A stretch of 64,000 nt of DNA from Minutocellus sp. GHC0000111 (lineage: Eukaryota). A program made the translations under genes and the position numbers. The DNA is taken from positions 3,782,001 to 3,846,000 of the forward strand of contig OZ361260.1 in NCBI GenBank assembly GCA_977018835.1. Reading direction: 5' to 3'. Below the pieces are notes generated by a model that saw only the letters and a program-made list of their open reading frames with translations, ran no database searches and was not told where the DNA came from. This document shows, piece by piece, positions 9,109-20,471 of this stretch (position 1 is its first letter; every line of letters starts with the position of its first letter).

Positions 9109-12100
9109 TCATAAACTAAGAGACCTCAAGAGTCTCCCTCTGAATGGACTCATTCGCTGCTTCTTTGCACTTCCGCCCCATCCCCCGTACATACCACCTG
9201 AATTCTCTTCGTGCTGCTTGAGGAAGGCTTCATCATCTCGTCGTCCCGACGAAAGGCCTTCCTGTAGCTCTGCAACTACTGCGTTCCAGACATCTGCATC
9301 GATGACTGTCCTGAGCCCCATGGATGGCTGCTCGCCTGAATAAAGGGATGCTACGTCGAGCCTTCGAATCACATCTTCATCAAATAGCTCGAGAAGTTGA
9401 GCGTTGACTCGTCGCACTGCATCATGATCGGTGGAAGCAACTGTTCCAAGCTCGTAGTGCAAGGAAACTTCCAGTCCTAGGAGTGACGCAGCTCGCTCGG
9501 CGAGGCACCGGACAAGCGCATTCGATGAAAATGGAGATCCCTCGGACTTGCTATTGGCGTGCTGGCGGCACCAACGAAGGGCGAGGATCAAGTGGCCAAT
9601 GGAAAGATTTTCGAGTGCTAGATTTCGTTCGTCGGCGATGAGCTTCTGTGCTGGTGCGTATTGTAATAGACATTTCCTATTGGCAACGTCCTCCATACCA
9701 GCGAGAAGCGAGGAGGGGACTCTCCTCTTGGTATCGATCCCACCGTTGGGGTAAGATTCAACATCCCAGGTTTGGCGTAGATAATCTGCGTCAACCACTC
9801 GAGCAAAATCAAGAGTGCTCGAAGAATCGTTGGTCGTACCATCACTGGTCTTTCGTAGAGCAATGACCATGCCCAATTGTACCAAAGACATTGCATCGAG
9901 CTTTGAAGCTTCCGTGGAGGTGAAACAAACAAACGAATCAGAGGCTGGATGAGCTTTGCTCAGTACATTGAGCGAACTGAACATGCATTCCGCGGCAATC
10001 CTCTCCATTCGGACCAGGAAGAGATTGTCGACGTGGATCTGGAAGCTCTGCTCCACTTTTTCGTCATCCTTTGGAGTTGTTGTCGGTGCGATGTTGGTGT
10101 TGATCGCTGCTGGTGCTTCATTGGGTTTGGTCGTTGGACACAGTGAGACAGCGTACTCCTCAGCGGTCATCTTGACGCAGCAAGTACTGGCAAAGTGAGC
10201 ATACCGTACCGCATCGTGTCGCGCTGTAGGCACGCCTTCCGATACCAGAGGATGGATCTCGGAACCCGAATATAAGGCCATGGTCGATTCGTTGATACTG
10301 CCATCAGCATTGGCGGCGGCAATTCCCTCCGCTTCCTCCATTGCCTTGTCGATAATGGTCAAGCAAGAGAAAGTTTCCCTGGCGGTAGCTGTTGCTCCGA
10401 GAAAGCACGATAAGGCCTTGCTCACATTCATCACCGAGGAGACCAATGCCTGATATAGATTGAGAGATGTACTTTCAAGATACTTTCTGTGTTCGCCCGT
10501 GAACAACTCTGATATCAAGGCCAAAGTGTCGGCGGCTTCGGTCAGGCTGCACATCGTCAAGTGAATGAGACCCAAGGATGATGGCGAGCGCCTCCCGCAC
10601 CCTAACGGATTCGACGACGACCTCGATGAAACCGAAAGTGAACAGCTCTGAAGACCTGATACAATCAACGCATCAAAGACAGAGAGAAATTGCACCACAC
10701 CTCGTAAGCATTCCTTGTGTCGTGAGTGAAGGCCCTGTCCAGGTTGCATTGACGAGCGGCCATTGATACGGAACGAATTGAGAAGTCCTGTGAGCGTTCT
10801 GAGGACGGCCCTCCATATATCGTGAGCTGGATCCTCGCGATGAACTGGTTGATCTTGTCCATAGGCTCCACCTCCAGAGACGGTTACATACCCGCGCAAA
10901 AGCTTTTCGTCTTCAGACTCGGAAAGGCTCTTTGCGTGCCACTGCTGACATGCAATCCGAAGCAATGGATTCTCTGCAAGAACTCGCGCAGTGTGCTGTT
11001 CCACGAGGAGGGTTGGTAAAGATATGCCACTGGCGCACGAGGAAGCGTGTTCAAGGAAAGCAACGACGCGCTGAATGATATCAAGGGCATTCTCTTCAGC
11101 CAAACGATTAACCTTGTACGATGGATTGCTAAATTTGTTGGAGTACGATGTCGCGGCAACACGAGATGCAGCTTCGAGGTGACGGAACATAGATGCAATG
11201 GCACCGCCATCGTGGAGCGCCGATGCAATCCTCTGGGTGTGCTGGGTAGCCTGGAAAGAGAAAGAGTCCGACGAGTTGGATGCGGTGCTACTCATAATCG
11301 AAACGAGGGTTGCAATGGAGGTCTTGAGGAGGGATAGTGCCAACGAGCCATCGAGACTGACAGCCTCAACATCCGATGCTGAGTCTACCACCCGCTTAGA
11401 TCCTTGGCCGTTCACCAGGAAGGAGTAGCCAAAGTGAGCAGTAGCGGGGAAAGGTATGGATCCAGCAAGAGCATGCAGATCGGAGCCGAGCACAGACGCT
11501 TCCTCTGGAGACGGAGCATACCGGAGCTCTGCGAGAGCCTCTGAGGCAAGAACTACAAAAGTCTTGCAGGCGCCATTGAATAATCTCACATTTGGACTCG
11601 ATGGCGCATCGGCACCACTTGATGAGGCTAGGCCACAATCGATCATGCTCAGCAGACTCAAAGAACACGTGAGGATCCTTAGGCGTAGCAGACACCCGAC
11701 TCTGTAGGCGCGACTTTGGGCCCAGATCATGAAGGCCGAGTTGCCTTGTCCCTGCATTCCTCCTTCGCCAGACGCGGAGGCAGCAAGCTGAATAGGTATG
11801 GTAATCCTGAAGAGCGTCGTAGCTACCTTGCCCAGTCGACTCAGCATGTCGAGCAATGTCTCTACCTGAGGGCTTTCGCCAGACTTAACCAGCTCTGAGC
11901 AGTCACCAAGAATGTTTGCAAGCAACGATGTAAGGTGACATCCCATTTTCCCGGTAAGATAAGAAGTCGAGGCGACATTGGATGAAGTTGATGAAGCGGA
12001 ACTAGCCGTTGACGTATTCTGTTCGAGCGACGAAAGGATACTTTCCGCTGAACTCAAGAGCTTGTCTAGTTTCTCCCTTGCGGAGGCGGCAGTACGACCG

Positions 12101-15100
12101 TCAGTAGTTGAGGCATAGACCTCGGCGAACTTTGTCCATGTTTTGAGAAGTAAAAGCTGACTGTGCGATAGTTTTTCGGCGTAGTAGTAGTTGGTGAGGC
12201 GCTCTGCAAGCCCGATGTTCGACCCTCCATCGCAAGGAGTAGACTTGCAGTTGCCTACCTTTCTCAACGTAGACATGGCTCTTCGGATCACGAGGGATAC
12301 CCGGTCGTCGAGCTTTCCAGGGCTCGAATGCAACGAAACAAAACGCGACGCATCGATGCTGCTACCTTGATTGCTGTATTGTAGAAGTTCTGTAAGACTC
12401 TCAGCGGATTCTGCTGCACCACCCAAGGATGTGAGAGACGACGCCCAACCAGTGACTGTAGACTCTGAGATCTGACTGCGAATGGTGGCAATGGCTGTGT
12501 TCGAGGGACCACTGCCATCTGAGCGAAGACTTGCGAAGATCTCGTTTACAAGTACCTCCAGAGCTGAGGAACAAATATCGAGCTTAAGGGATGCCGCCTT
12601 TCTCCCGCCGTGAGCCGACGTTGCACCGAGAAGTACCCGGTGATTTGTCAACAACGCCAAGCAATCGTCGACAATAGTCGTTTTGTCAGTAATTTCATCG
12701 ATGATATCATCACAAGGATGAAGAAGAGGAGCCTCACTGTTTTTATTGGCATTGCCACCGACCTTTTGCACACCACTGCCACGCGTACGAGATGTCCTCC
12801 AGAGTGCCGCTAGCGCATCGAGACAAGAGGATGCTACGATGAAGGCATCAAACGATAGTTCAGATGCATTGCCAGAAGCAGCGGCATCAGCCACCGTTTT
12901 AATCGCCAAGGACATTGACTTGATAACCCCCTTACCGTTGGTTCCATCGCCTCCATCCACTTCTGCTCCCATGAAAAATGCCCGGGCCAGGGCTGGCTGT
13001 GTGTCAACCGCCAGAGTAACGATCTCCATCATCTTTGACGCACGGACCATGAGACGGCCGTCGCGATGGGTAGCCGCATCATCAACGGCAATCTTCAGGA
13101 GCGCTTCCAGTGACCGATGCATTTGTTGGCCACCGCCAAGAGCCTTGGTGACACTGACATCTCCGGGTCGCGATTGTTGCCCCGCCGTTGACAGTGCCGC
13201 GATTGCATCAGCGTGTCGCAAGGACATCATGACAATCCGGGAGGTTGTGTTGGAAACGCTGGAGTCGGTATAATCTCCCAGATATCGAGAGAGAAGGTTC
13301 AAATTCGATATGAGCGCTCCATTGACATTGCTCTCTGTTGATAATGACAGCAGACCGCCAATGGACGACGACGGGCGGAACGGATTAGGAGCAAAGCTCA
13401 GCAGGAGCTGAAGCGGACTTGATGACCGGAGACCTGAAGCCATGGCTTTACCTGTTGCGACAGAGACAACGCCGGCAGCATCTTCTATTGCAAGACCATT
13501 TCCATAAGATGATGCGTATCCGTGTCGCTCCAGAGTCATCGCCTCAACATGCTCTCCCCATTGAAGAATTAGAGCGAGGGCGGACCTGGTAATGGCGTAC
13601 ACCTTCGACGAAGTCTGGCCCGCTGGCGACGCAACTAATGGGAGGGAGTGTATGTTACGAACAATTGTCTCGGAAAAGGACTGGAGGGTATGTGGCATCG
13701 ACTCGGCACCAGAGCTCTTGTCGACATCTCGTGCCAACTTCGCCCAGGCACCATATTTACGCGCTGAGTCGTCTTCGTCTTCGTTTGCTTCGCCTGAACC
13801 ACTGGAAAACATTGACTGGCCTTGAGCGATCCTCTCTTGGTCCATCACGAGACTGACAGACACTGGAAGGGCAGCATAGTATGCGATCGCATTGCCAACA
13901 TGCGTCGAGGTGGAAATGTAGTTAATGATTCCATCTCGAACTGCCTTGGCGGTATCCCGGACGGTGGCCGATGAGTGTGCTGCAATGATTTCGCCAATCG
14001 AGCGAAGCGATTGGTGCAGAGAGGTGATTACAGCGTAAATAATGTCGTGGTGAATGGAGACAGAGGACTCTGCTGTTGCCAGAGGGGTAGAGGTCAGAAC
14101 GTCGCAGGCTATTAGCAGGCCATTGCCGATGGTGCTGATGACCTCCGATGCGACGTTTTCACTTGAAGGCGACGATGTAGTAGCGAAGGCTAGTTGGTCC
14201 ATCTGGCGCGCAAAGGCGGAGAGCAACATCTGCGACGATGCCAGGATGCATAGATTCTCGGTGGAGCTCTTGGCAGCAGCTGATTGAAATACGGCAAATC
14301 CTCCGACACCTGCCCGGGACTGGCTGTATCTCTGACAGCAAGCCGCCACCCAATCCACCTCGTTAGAAGACGACTGAACGAGATCGGTTGTGATATCAAT
14401 GGCAGCCGAGGATAGCTTGGCAGCATCTCCAGACCACGCATGCCCTCCTCCTGCGATAGTAGCAGCTCTCGAGGCAATGATATGGAGCAATCTGGGCCCA
14501 ACAAAGATGCCAACTTGACTGGAAGGATTTGCTTCGAGTGATAGACGGAGGGCGGGGCCACAATCCTCGTCGCGTCGAGCGCTGATGCGAATAAGGTGTG
14601 AAAGCGCCGTAATGGCCTCGACAGCCCCTTGCCGTGTCTTGTCATCAACCGCAGGGACGACACCCATATCATCGCCGCACAATCCAACACAGCCCACCAA
14701 AACAGTGTGGACAATGCGCTCGGGCAGGAACGATGCAAATATATCTCTTGAAGAGGGCGTCGTGCTTGCACCACCAACAGCAGGGACGAGAGAGGAAAGA
14801 AGGCGGAGGAAGGGAGCCACCGATGGCAAAGCTTGAGCACAGACTTGGCCCTCGTTGACAACAATCCCTGCCCTGGTAGGAGGCGACCATGCTCTTCCCA
14901 GTGCACTCGACGCCATGATGAAGGCAGCATCGAGCAGGTGGCAGATCGGATCGGCGGTAGGTGCTGCCACGGCCGCGGCCCGTTCCTGGCAGTACACCTC
15001 CCATTCCGACCAAAAGGCATCGCACAGCGCCGTGGAGTTGCGATAGACTGCTGCTGCCAGATTGCAGAGCATCTCGAGATTGTCCGGGGAAGCCGATGGG

Positions 15101-17211
15101 GAAAGCAAGATGGTTCGGAAGGCGGCGACGGTTCCAGCCAGAACCTCCCGTCCAATACTTGCATACGCCACGAGGGTTGCATTCTCATCTCCGGCGGCAG
15201 CGGAAGAAGCGGCCACGGGATCACCACCATCCGTCAGGAGCATGGTCTCTTCCCCCGGCAAGTTGGGGAACTCATCGTCCTCGTCATCAGGGGCGGTCGT
15301 GGTCTTGTTGATCAACTCCGCCGTAAAGGTCGGAAGCGGCGCCTTGAGGACATCGTACAGATAGTCGAACGCGGCACATTCGTCCATGGCAGCCGTAACG
15401 TACTGCGTTCCACTATCGACCAGAGTTTGGGCCACCTCGGTCACCTCGGATGGACTATTCTGTGCGCAGGCACTGCCTGCCAGGCGCAGGAGGAGGCCGT
15501 AGGTAAGCAGACCAATGGCCTCGGGTGCTTCAGCAGCAGCGGTGCTGGGGCTGGACGAGGCCGTCCCTGCAGCCGCTGCCGCCGTCGCAACGCGCGAATG
15601 AACAGTGGAGGCATACCCTCGAACGATTTTCCCCAGCGCCGTGAGTTCCGCCACGGCCGTCTTGGACGCATCGGCATTGGACGATGCCAACCCCTCCAGC
15701 AGTGGATGGTCGGCCACCCAGCTGGGGTAGGCATAGCCAGGCGACATCGCCGAGGACGAGCCTTCACCTCCCGACGTTGCCCTCCACAGGGCCGCAACCT
15801 CGGCCACCACGAGCGCCGCCTGCTTGGTCCATCGCGATGCAGATGCTGCTGCCGTGGATGATCCGTCAGAACTCTGCTGCCGCTGCTGCTGTCCAACCTC
15901 CACCACGGCCCGGTTGCCCAACGCCAGCACGAGGATGCCATAGTCGTATCGGTTCACTCCCCCGTCCATCCGATCGTACAGCAATACGAGGAGGGCCTCC
16001 ATGGCCTCGGACCGTTCCGTGGCCGACTGGTCGGCAAAGGCGGCAATCTCTTGGTTGGCGTAGGTACGAAAGTCGGATGACGAGGATGAGGATGATGACG
16101 ACGAGGAGGAGGCGGGACCAAGGGAAAACACCGATGCGGCATTGGCAGTGGCGGCATCTTCCTTGCTACCACGCAGCTTCATGGCCAATATCAGCTCCTC
16201 ACGGGTGGGAATTCGACCACCACCACCACTACTTGCAGATGCCGATGTCGACGAGGACGAAGAGGAGGTGGCCGCCCCCAACAGCAGCTGGAACAGCCCC
16301 CTCTTCCGTCCCACACTCTTGCCCTCGGGCCCAGATGGCGAGCTGTGGACCAACGTCCGGTCCAGCTCGTCCAACAACGATCGGGCCGCGCCCTGGATGA
16401 TGGCATCGGCATCACCGGCATCGGCATCACCATCATCGGCGGAGGAATCCAACCGCAGACATTCGGCCAACAGACGGAGCCGAGCCAGCTTTTGGTCAAA
16501 GTGGTACGAACGGACCGACGTGAGGAGGGACCGGGTCCCCAGCAGCGTGCGTAGGGTCGGCCGACCGCTGTCCCGAGATGATGAAGCAGCAGCAGCGGCA
16601 TTGTCGTCGTCGTCCTTCTTCTCCTCTCCTCCGGATTCATCTCCACTACCAGCGCCATTGGTATTGTTGCCGTTATTGGTGCTGGTAGCGTCAGCATCAC
16701 GGTCGTGCCGGTCGGCCAGCATCCGGAGCGTGGCCAGCGTCAGACCGACGGCTCGTGCTTCGTCCACGTCCAGCAATCCACAGACCGCCGCCAGATGGGC
16801 CCGGCCTGCCTCGGTCTGGAAGGCCGCCGGCTGCTGGTCCTCGTTGGCGTTGTTGCTACCGCTGCTCGCCGAAGAGCCACCGGAGGACGACGATGGAGGC
16901 GGGGCGCTGACCAGCGTCGGAGGGGACAGCCCCAAACTTTCAACGCTTGCGGTCAGACCATCCCACCACTTGGTGCTGCTGGCGTTGCTCCCGCCCTGAT
17001 TGGAGGAGGCAGAGGCAAAGTCGGACAGGATCCGCCCCGCCAGACCACCGCCGCCGTTATTATTGTTGCTGGCATCTCCGCCGCCGCCGCTCAGTCGTTC
17101 CGCAATTTCGGACGTCACGTCCCCACCACTACTGCCACCACCATCGGACGAAGACAGGAGGAGGGAGAGGAGCTGGGCGTCGTCGGGCTCAAAGCTGGAC
17201 ATGGCTGCCAT
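9109..17211 (-). CDS. Very large intronless alpha-helical protein, Nup188/Nup205-like nucleoporin candidate
   Basis: 2700-aa ORF, Leu/Ala-rich and helical. The N-terminal LLDVDEARAVGL...VRSYHFDQKLARLRLL resembles the Nup188 N-terminal pattern (recognised by eye). Confidence 0.5.
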   Translation of the reverse strand: MAAMSSFEPDDAQLLSLLLSSSDGGGSSGGDVTSEIAERLSGGGGDASNNNNGGGGLAGRILSDFASASSNQGGSNASSTKWWDGLTASVESLGLSPPTLVSAPPPSSSSGGSSASSGSNNANEDQQPAAFQTEAGRAHLAAVCGLLDVDEARAVGLTLATLRMLADRHDRDADATSTNNGNNTNGAGSGDESGGEEKKDDDDNAAAAASSSRDSGRPTLRTLLGTRSLLTSVRSYHFDQKLARLRLLAECLRLDSSADDGDADAGDADAIIQGAARSLLDELDRTLVHSSPSGPEGKSVGRKRGLFQLLLGAATSSSSSSTSASASSGGGGRIPTREELILAMKLRGSKEDAATANAASVFSLGPASSSSSSSSSSSSDFRTYANQEIAAFADQSATERSEAMEALLVLLYDRMDGGVNRYDYGILVLALGNRAVVEVGQQQRQQSSDGSSTAAASASRWTKQAALVVAEVAALWRATSGGEGSSSAMSPGYAYPSWVADHPLLEGLASSNADASKTAVAELTALGKIVRGYASTVHSRVATAAAAAGTASSSPSTAAAEAPEAIGLLTYGLLLRLAGSACAQNSPSEVTEVAQTLVDSGTQYVTAAMDECAAFDYLYDVLKAPLPTFTAELINKTTTAPDDEDDEFPNLPGEETMLLTDGGDPVAASSAAAGDENATLVAYASIGREVLAGTVAAFRTILLSPSASPDNLEMLCNLAAAVYRNSTALCDAFWSEWEVYCQERAAAVAAPTADPICHLLDAAFIMASSALGRAWSPPTRAGIVVNEGQVCAQALPSVAPFLRLLSSLVPAVGGASTTPSSRDIFASFLPERIVHTVLVGCVGLCGDDMGVVPAVDDKTRQGAVEAITALSHLIRISARRDEDCGPALRLSLEANPSSQVGIFVGPRLLHIIASRAATIAGGGHAWSGDAAKLSSAAIDITTDLVQSSSNEVDWVAACCQRYSQSRAGVGGFAVFQSAAAKSSTENLCILASSQMLLSAFARQMDQLAFATTSSPSSENVASEVISTIGNGLLIACDVLTSTPLATAESSVSIHHDIIYAVITSLHQSLRSIGEIIAAHSSATVRDTAKAVRDGIINYISTSTHVGNAIAYYAALPVSVSLVMDQERIAQGQSMFSSGSGEANEDEDDSARKYGAWAKLARDVDKSSGAESMPHTLQSFSETIVRNIHSLPLVASPAGQTSSKVYAITRSALALILQWGEHVEAMTLERHGYASSYGNGLAIEDAAGVVSVATGKAMASGLRSSSPLQLLLSFAPNPFRPSSSIGGLLSLSTESNVNGALISNLNLLSRYLGDYTDSSVSNTTSRIVMMSLRHADAIAALSTAGQQSRPGDVSVTKALGGGQQMHRSLEALLKIAVDDAATHRDGRLMVRASKMMEIVTLAVDTQPALARAFFMGAEVDGGDGTNGKGVIKSMSLAIKTVADAAASGNASELSFDAFIVASSCLDALAALWRTSRTRGSGVQKVGGNANKNSEAPLLHPCDDIIDEITDKTTIVDDCLALLTNHRVLLGATSAHGGRKAASLKLDICSSALEVLVNEIFASLRSDGSGPSNTAIATIRSQISESTVTGWASSLTSLGGAAESAESLTELLQYSNQGSSIDASRFVSLHSSPGKLDDRVSLVIRRAMSTLRKVGNCKSTPCDGGSNIGLAERLTNYYYAEKLSHSQLLLLKTWTKFAEVYASTTDGRTAASAREKLDKLLSSAESILSSLEQNTSTASSASSTSSNVASTSYLTGKMGCHLTSLLANILGDCSELVKSGESPQVETLLDMLSRLGKVATTLFRITIPIQLAASASGEGGMQGQGNSAFMIWAQSRAYRVGCLLRLRILTCSLSLLSMIDCGLASSSGADAPSSPNVRLFNGACKTFVVLASEALAELRYAPSPEEASVLGSDLHALAGSIPFPATAHFGYSFLVNGQGSKRVVDSASDVEAVSLDGSLALSLLKTSIATLVSIMSSTASNSSDSFSFQATQHTQRIASALHDGGAIASMFRHLEAASRVAATSYSNKFSNPSYKVNRLAEENALDIIQRVVAFLEHASSCASGISLPTLLVEQHTARVLAENPLLRIACQQWHAKSLSESEDEKLLRGYVTVSGGGAYGQDQPVHREDPAHDIWRAVLRTLTGLLNSFRINGRSSMQPGQGLHSRHKECLRGVVQFLSVFDALIVSGLQSCSLSVSSRSSSNPLGCGRRSPSSLGLIHLTMCSLTEAADTLALISELFTGEHRKYLESTSLNLYQALVSSVMNVSKALSCFLGATATARETFSCLTIIDKAMEEAEGIAAANADGSINESTMALYSGSEIHPLVSEGVPTARHDAVRYAHFASTCCVKMTAEEYAVSLCPTTKPNEAPAAINTNIAPTTTPKDDEKVEQSFQIHVDNLFLVRMERIAAECMFSSLNVLSKAHPASDSFVCFTSTEASKLDAMSLVQLGMVIALRKTSDGTTNDSSSTLDFARVVDADYLRQTWDVESYPNGGIDTKRRVPSSLLAGMEDVANRKCLLQYAPAQKLIADERNLALENLSIGHLILALRWCRQHANSKSEGSPFSSNALVRCLAERAASLLGLEVSLHYELGTVASTDHDAVRRVNAQLLELFDEDVIRRLDVASLYSGEQPSMGLRTVIDADVWNAVVAELQEGLSSGRRDDEAFLKQHEENSGGMYGGWGGSAKKQRMSPFRGRLLRSLSL

Positions 17212-17900
17212 TTACAGCAATGTGCGGATGGCGGCGAGGAAATGAGTGACGGTTTGCTCTGGCGATTGACCTCTTGATGGGGGGCCGTTCGCAAAATATT
17301 CTCTCGCTTTGGTTCCTGCCACAGCAACGTATCTAGCTACGCACGTTGCTACCAACAGACCAAGGGAGCAAGCAAAGGTGGGTACTATCGGTGTTCTGCG
17401 CACACCTGCCTAACCTTTCATCGGCAGGTTGGGTTACTAGTATGGCCGTCATGGTCGTCGGTCGTCGGCCGGCCGGGCCGGGCCCCGCCCGGGACGGCGA
17501 CGATTTTGGTCCGTCCTTCGACGGTATCCAACCACGGAGCGGAGAGATTCATCCAACAGCATCACAAACCTGCCCTTGCCCCTTGCCCCTTGCCTCTCAC
17601 CAGCAAGCAAGTCAAAGCGCAGGAAACGCCGTGGAGTGCTGGGCTGCGCTAGCTACGCTCGATTTGCATCCCATTGAGGGCCGGGGACCGCCTCCTAATC
17701 CTCCTGCCTGGCTGTGGCGGCCGAGCAGAATCGAATCATACATGATGAGGCAATGAGCTGACGGAGCTGGACGACGACGACGACGACGACGCTCAATGTT
17801 GCGTGGTGCATCGCATGCATATCGGATGCGGCCGGGTAGGAATTCCTAGATCGCACTATACTGCATCAGGCTGCATACGGACCTCGCAGTGGATGCCGAT

Positions 17901-17946
17901 GTCGAGTCGAGTCGAGTCCGTCGAGTCGAGTCCGTCGAGTCGAGTC
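17901..17946. repeat. GTCGA-based microsatellite
   Basis: gtcgagtcgagtcgagtccgtcgagtcgagtccgtcgagtcgagtc. Confidence 0.85.
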
Positions 17947-18495
17947 AGTTTTAGGAACACGATATCGAGTACATGTAGCATCAGCCACACGTACGAGTAT
18001 CGTCATGACGGTTCATGTCGGATCGCTCGTCCACGGACGGACTCGCCATCGCCACACTGTTGCCTCATCACGATGGATCCCCCCTTCAATCTAGCTACGT
18101 AGCTACGCAGTGCGTATATATGTCAATTTTCTTCTCCAGGCAAATGTCAAGAATAGCTCAGGAACAATGTGTAATGGGAGGTTGCACAGACAACCACGCC
18201 TTGTCTAACTAGCTAGTTGTAATGCACGGAAATGCGAAATGCGTTACATCATTCGATCCACGTTGAGCATTGTCGATGAGTACCAACGGGTATATTGCCA
18301 TTGAAGGAGGGTTGTGGTGACACCAAGACACCGATCGATAGGCCAGATTCTTTCCAGTAGTACGTGTTTACTATCAACCGATAATCATTTTATAATCTAA
18401 ACGGAGGCCATTGCCTTTTGTTACGTGTATGTGAAATTTTAATCCCTTACAATTATTATCTACACATATCGTTGGCTGCTGCGCTCGTATCGTTC

Positions 18496-19308
18496 TCACA
18501 CTCTACGCTGTACTACTCGTCGTCGACACGCATGATTCTTTCTAGCGCCATTCGGCCCAGCGAGAACTTTGACCGATCCATCGGCCTGTCTGTGGAAGGC
18601 AATCAGTGGAGAGCCGTCCCACTTAGGGAGGATCTTATTCTCAAGAAGTTGCTTGCGAGAGCGAGCCGTCTTTGCCATATTTTGTGCATCACAGCGACGA
18701 AGGCCCTGGCGGCGGTCAAACTCCTCGAGATTCTTCATGCTATCATTGGACTTGGCCATGAGCTCACGTAGCTTGTCCATTGAAAAGTTTGGAAGGACGG
18801 GCGGTGCTTCCTCGATGTGTTGCTGCTCCTGTGGCTGTTTTAAAGAAGACGAATCCGTGCTGCTGGGTGTGCCCATGGACCGTTTAGCAGTGGGAGCATG
18901 GGCGGTGTGAAAGGAAGGGGAAGAAACACTATTATCATTAAGAACTGTGTGGTGTGCTCTGTTGTTGGCTTGAGTGTTGGCATTCGCATTGAGATGCATT
19001 GCTGCGTGAAGTTGTCTCAGTGGAGTAAATATTGGATGGGCACCAGCATATCTAATGCCAGCAGTACTGGGAATGTTTGGTAGGCTCAACCGCCGAGTGG
19101 TGATCACGACACATCCACTTTCGAGAGCATTATTGCCCACCACACCGGGCCATCCGCCTAAATGGGCGTAATTCTGAGCTTGATTATGGGCGCTGATCAT
19201 AGCCGCATTTGCGGAGTGGCGACGGTAGATCGTTCGTTGGACGACATGGTGATGGGATGGTGTCGGCACCGGCGGCAGGAAATGGCTGGTGGGACGATTC
19301 ACAATCAT
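18496..19308 (-). CDS. Hypothetical protein with a diatom-type conserved C-terminal domain
   Basis: 270-aa ORF with a low-complexity N-terminus followed by LRELMAKSNDSMKNLEEFDRRQGLRRCDAQNMAKTARSRKQLL. Confidence 0.6.
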   Translation of the reverse strand: MIVNRPTSHFLPPVPTPSHHHVVQRTIYRRHSANAAMISAHNQAQNYAHLGGWPGVVGNNALESGCVVITTRRLSLPNIPSTAGIRYAGAHPIFTPLRQLHAAMHLNANANTQANNRAHHTVLNDNSVSSPSFHTAHAPTAKRSMGTPSSTDSSSLKQPQEQQHIEEAPPVLPNFSMDKLRELMAKSNDSMKNLEEFDRRQGLRRCDAQNMAKTARSRKQLLENKILPKWDGSPLIAFHRQADGSVKVLAGPNGARKNHACRRRVVQRRV

Positions 19309-19563
19309 CAGTTCGCATTTTTACTTTGTCGATGGGCAATGGCTACTTGCACTTGCGGATGTGAGAATGAGTAACGGTATCGCAGTCCAGTGGTGAATGC
19401 AAGCCATTGCACGAAATGCCGTACCTTTCCAAGGTATATGTACTGGAATGAGGCCCTACATTGCCTCCTGAACACGGGCGCTTATAGCACGCACTCATAA
19501 TTTCATTCACACAAAACTAACGCAGCAAGACGCATGATCTGAAATCGAATCGATTCATTCGGC

Positions 19564-19933
19564 GCGGCAGGTCATTGGCAAACGCCACACAGAAAGATAA
19601 TCCATGTGATTTCATGCAGACCCCGCATGTTCTCAAGTGGACGTGGCCAATCCCAATCCGACCCACAATCGACGTGTTGCATCATGAAGCTGAGGTGGTA
19701 CCCTCCGCGGCAGGTCATCTAGGCTTGTGTTGGGGGTCCATTGGCGACGACTTTCTGAGATGCGCTAAATCCCGGGCTACACTTTCGCTGTGGCCGCCAT
19801 GCCACACAACAAAGCGGCAGGTCATTCTGAGGTGGACAGCATTTCGTCCAATTTTTTCCGCAATGACCTGCCAAAAGATTTTTTTGACGTGTATCAGAAA
19901 TAGAGCCCATCCATGACCATCGCGGCAGGTCAT
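19564..19933. promoter_or_regulatory. Cluster of a repeated 12-mer, GCGGCAGGTCAT
   Basis: Exact copies at 19564, 19707, 19814 and 19922, plus an inverted 10-mer ATGACCTGCC at 19863, between divergent genes. Confidence 0.5.
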
Positions 19934-20471
19934 CGATTTTGGCGGTATCGGCGGATCGGGAGGAACAGGCTTGTGTTGGGGTGCGCTGCTGATTCAACCC
20001 CATCGCCTGTGCTGGGGTAGAATCTCCCGTCAGTATGCTGCCTCAACAACCTCTCACAACTCGAAGAAGTGGCTCTTTGTGAAGCCAGTTCGAGTGGTGA
20101 GTGCGTTTGATTTGTTCGATGTGATCCGACTTTTGCTTTCTTTGCTTGCTACTTTTTGGCTGCTCTTGTTTCGGCGGCGATCTGCCTTGATATTTCTTCG
20201 GTGTCTGCTCTTAGGCTGGAGGTGGCGAAAAAGAGGCCGAGGAACATGATTTTGTGCATTCCTGTTCTTCGACCACGTACTTTCTCCTCGTCAGCTGAAT
20301 AAAGATTCATGTTCAACAACAATCTCAATCGATATTCAATTTAACGTCTTTCCGTCATCCGTCTCATCGTCGTTTTTCCCTCGCCTCGTACAATCATCTT
20401 ACCTTCGCCTTCGCCTTTCCTACGTCCAACGCAATGATTTCCTTCCGATTGTTCTGCCGCTAATTCGATAG

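Noticed and set aside
14054..17277. Many long antisense and alternate-frame ORFs over the Nup188-like gene (also over 33-36 kb and 53-56 kb)
   Set aside because: These are shadow ORFs caused by high GC and few stop codons; TA loss in the retrotransposon removes TAA/TAG stops.
19564..19933. CRISPR-like array
   Set aside because: The repeat is only 12 bp, spacing is irregular, one copy is inverted, the context is eukaryotic and there are no cas genes.
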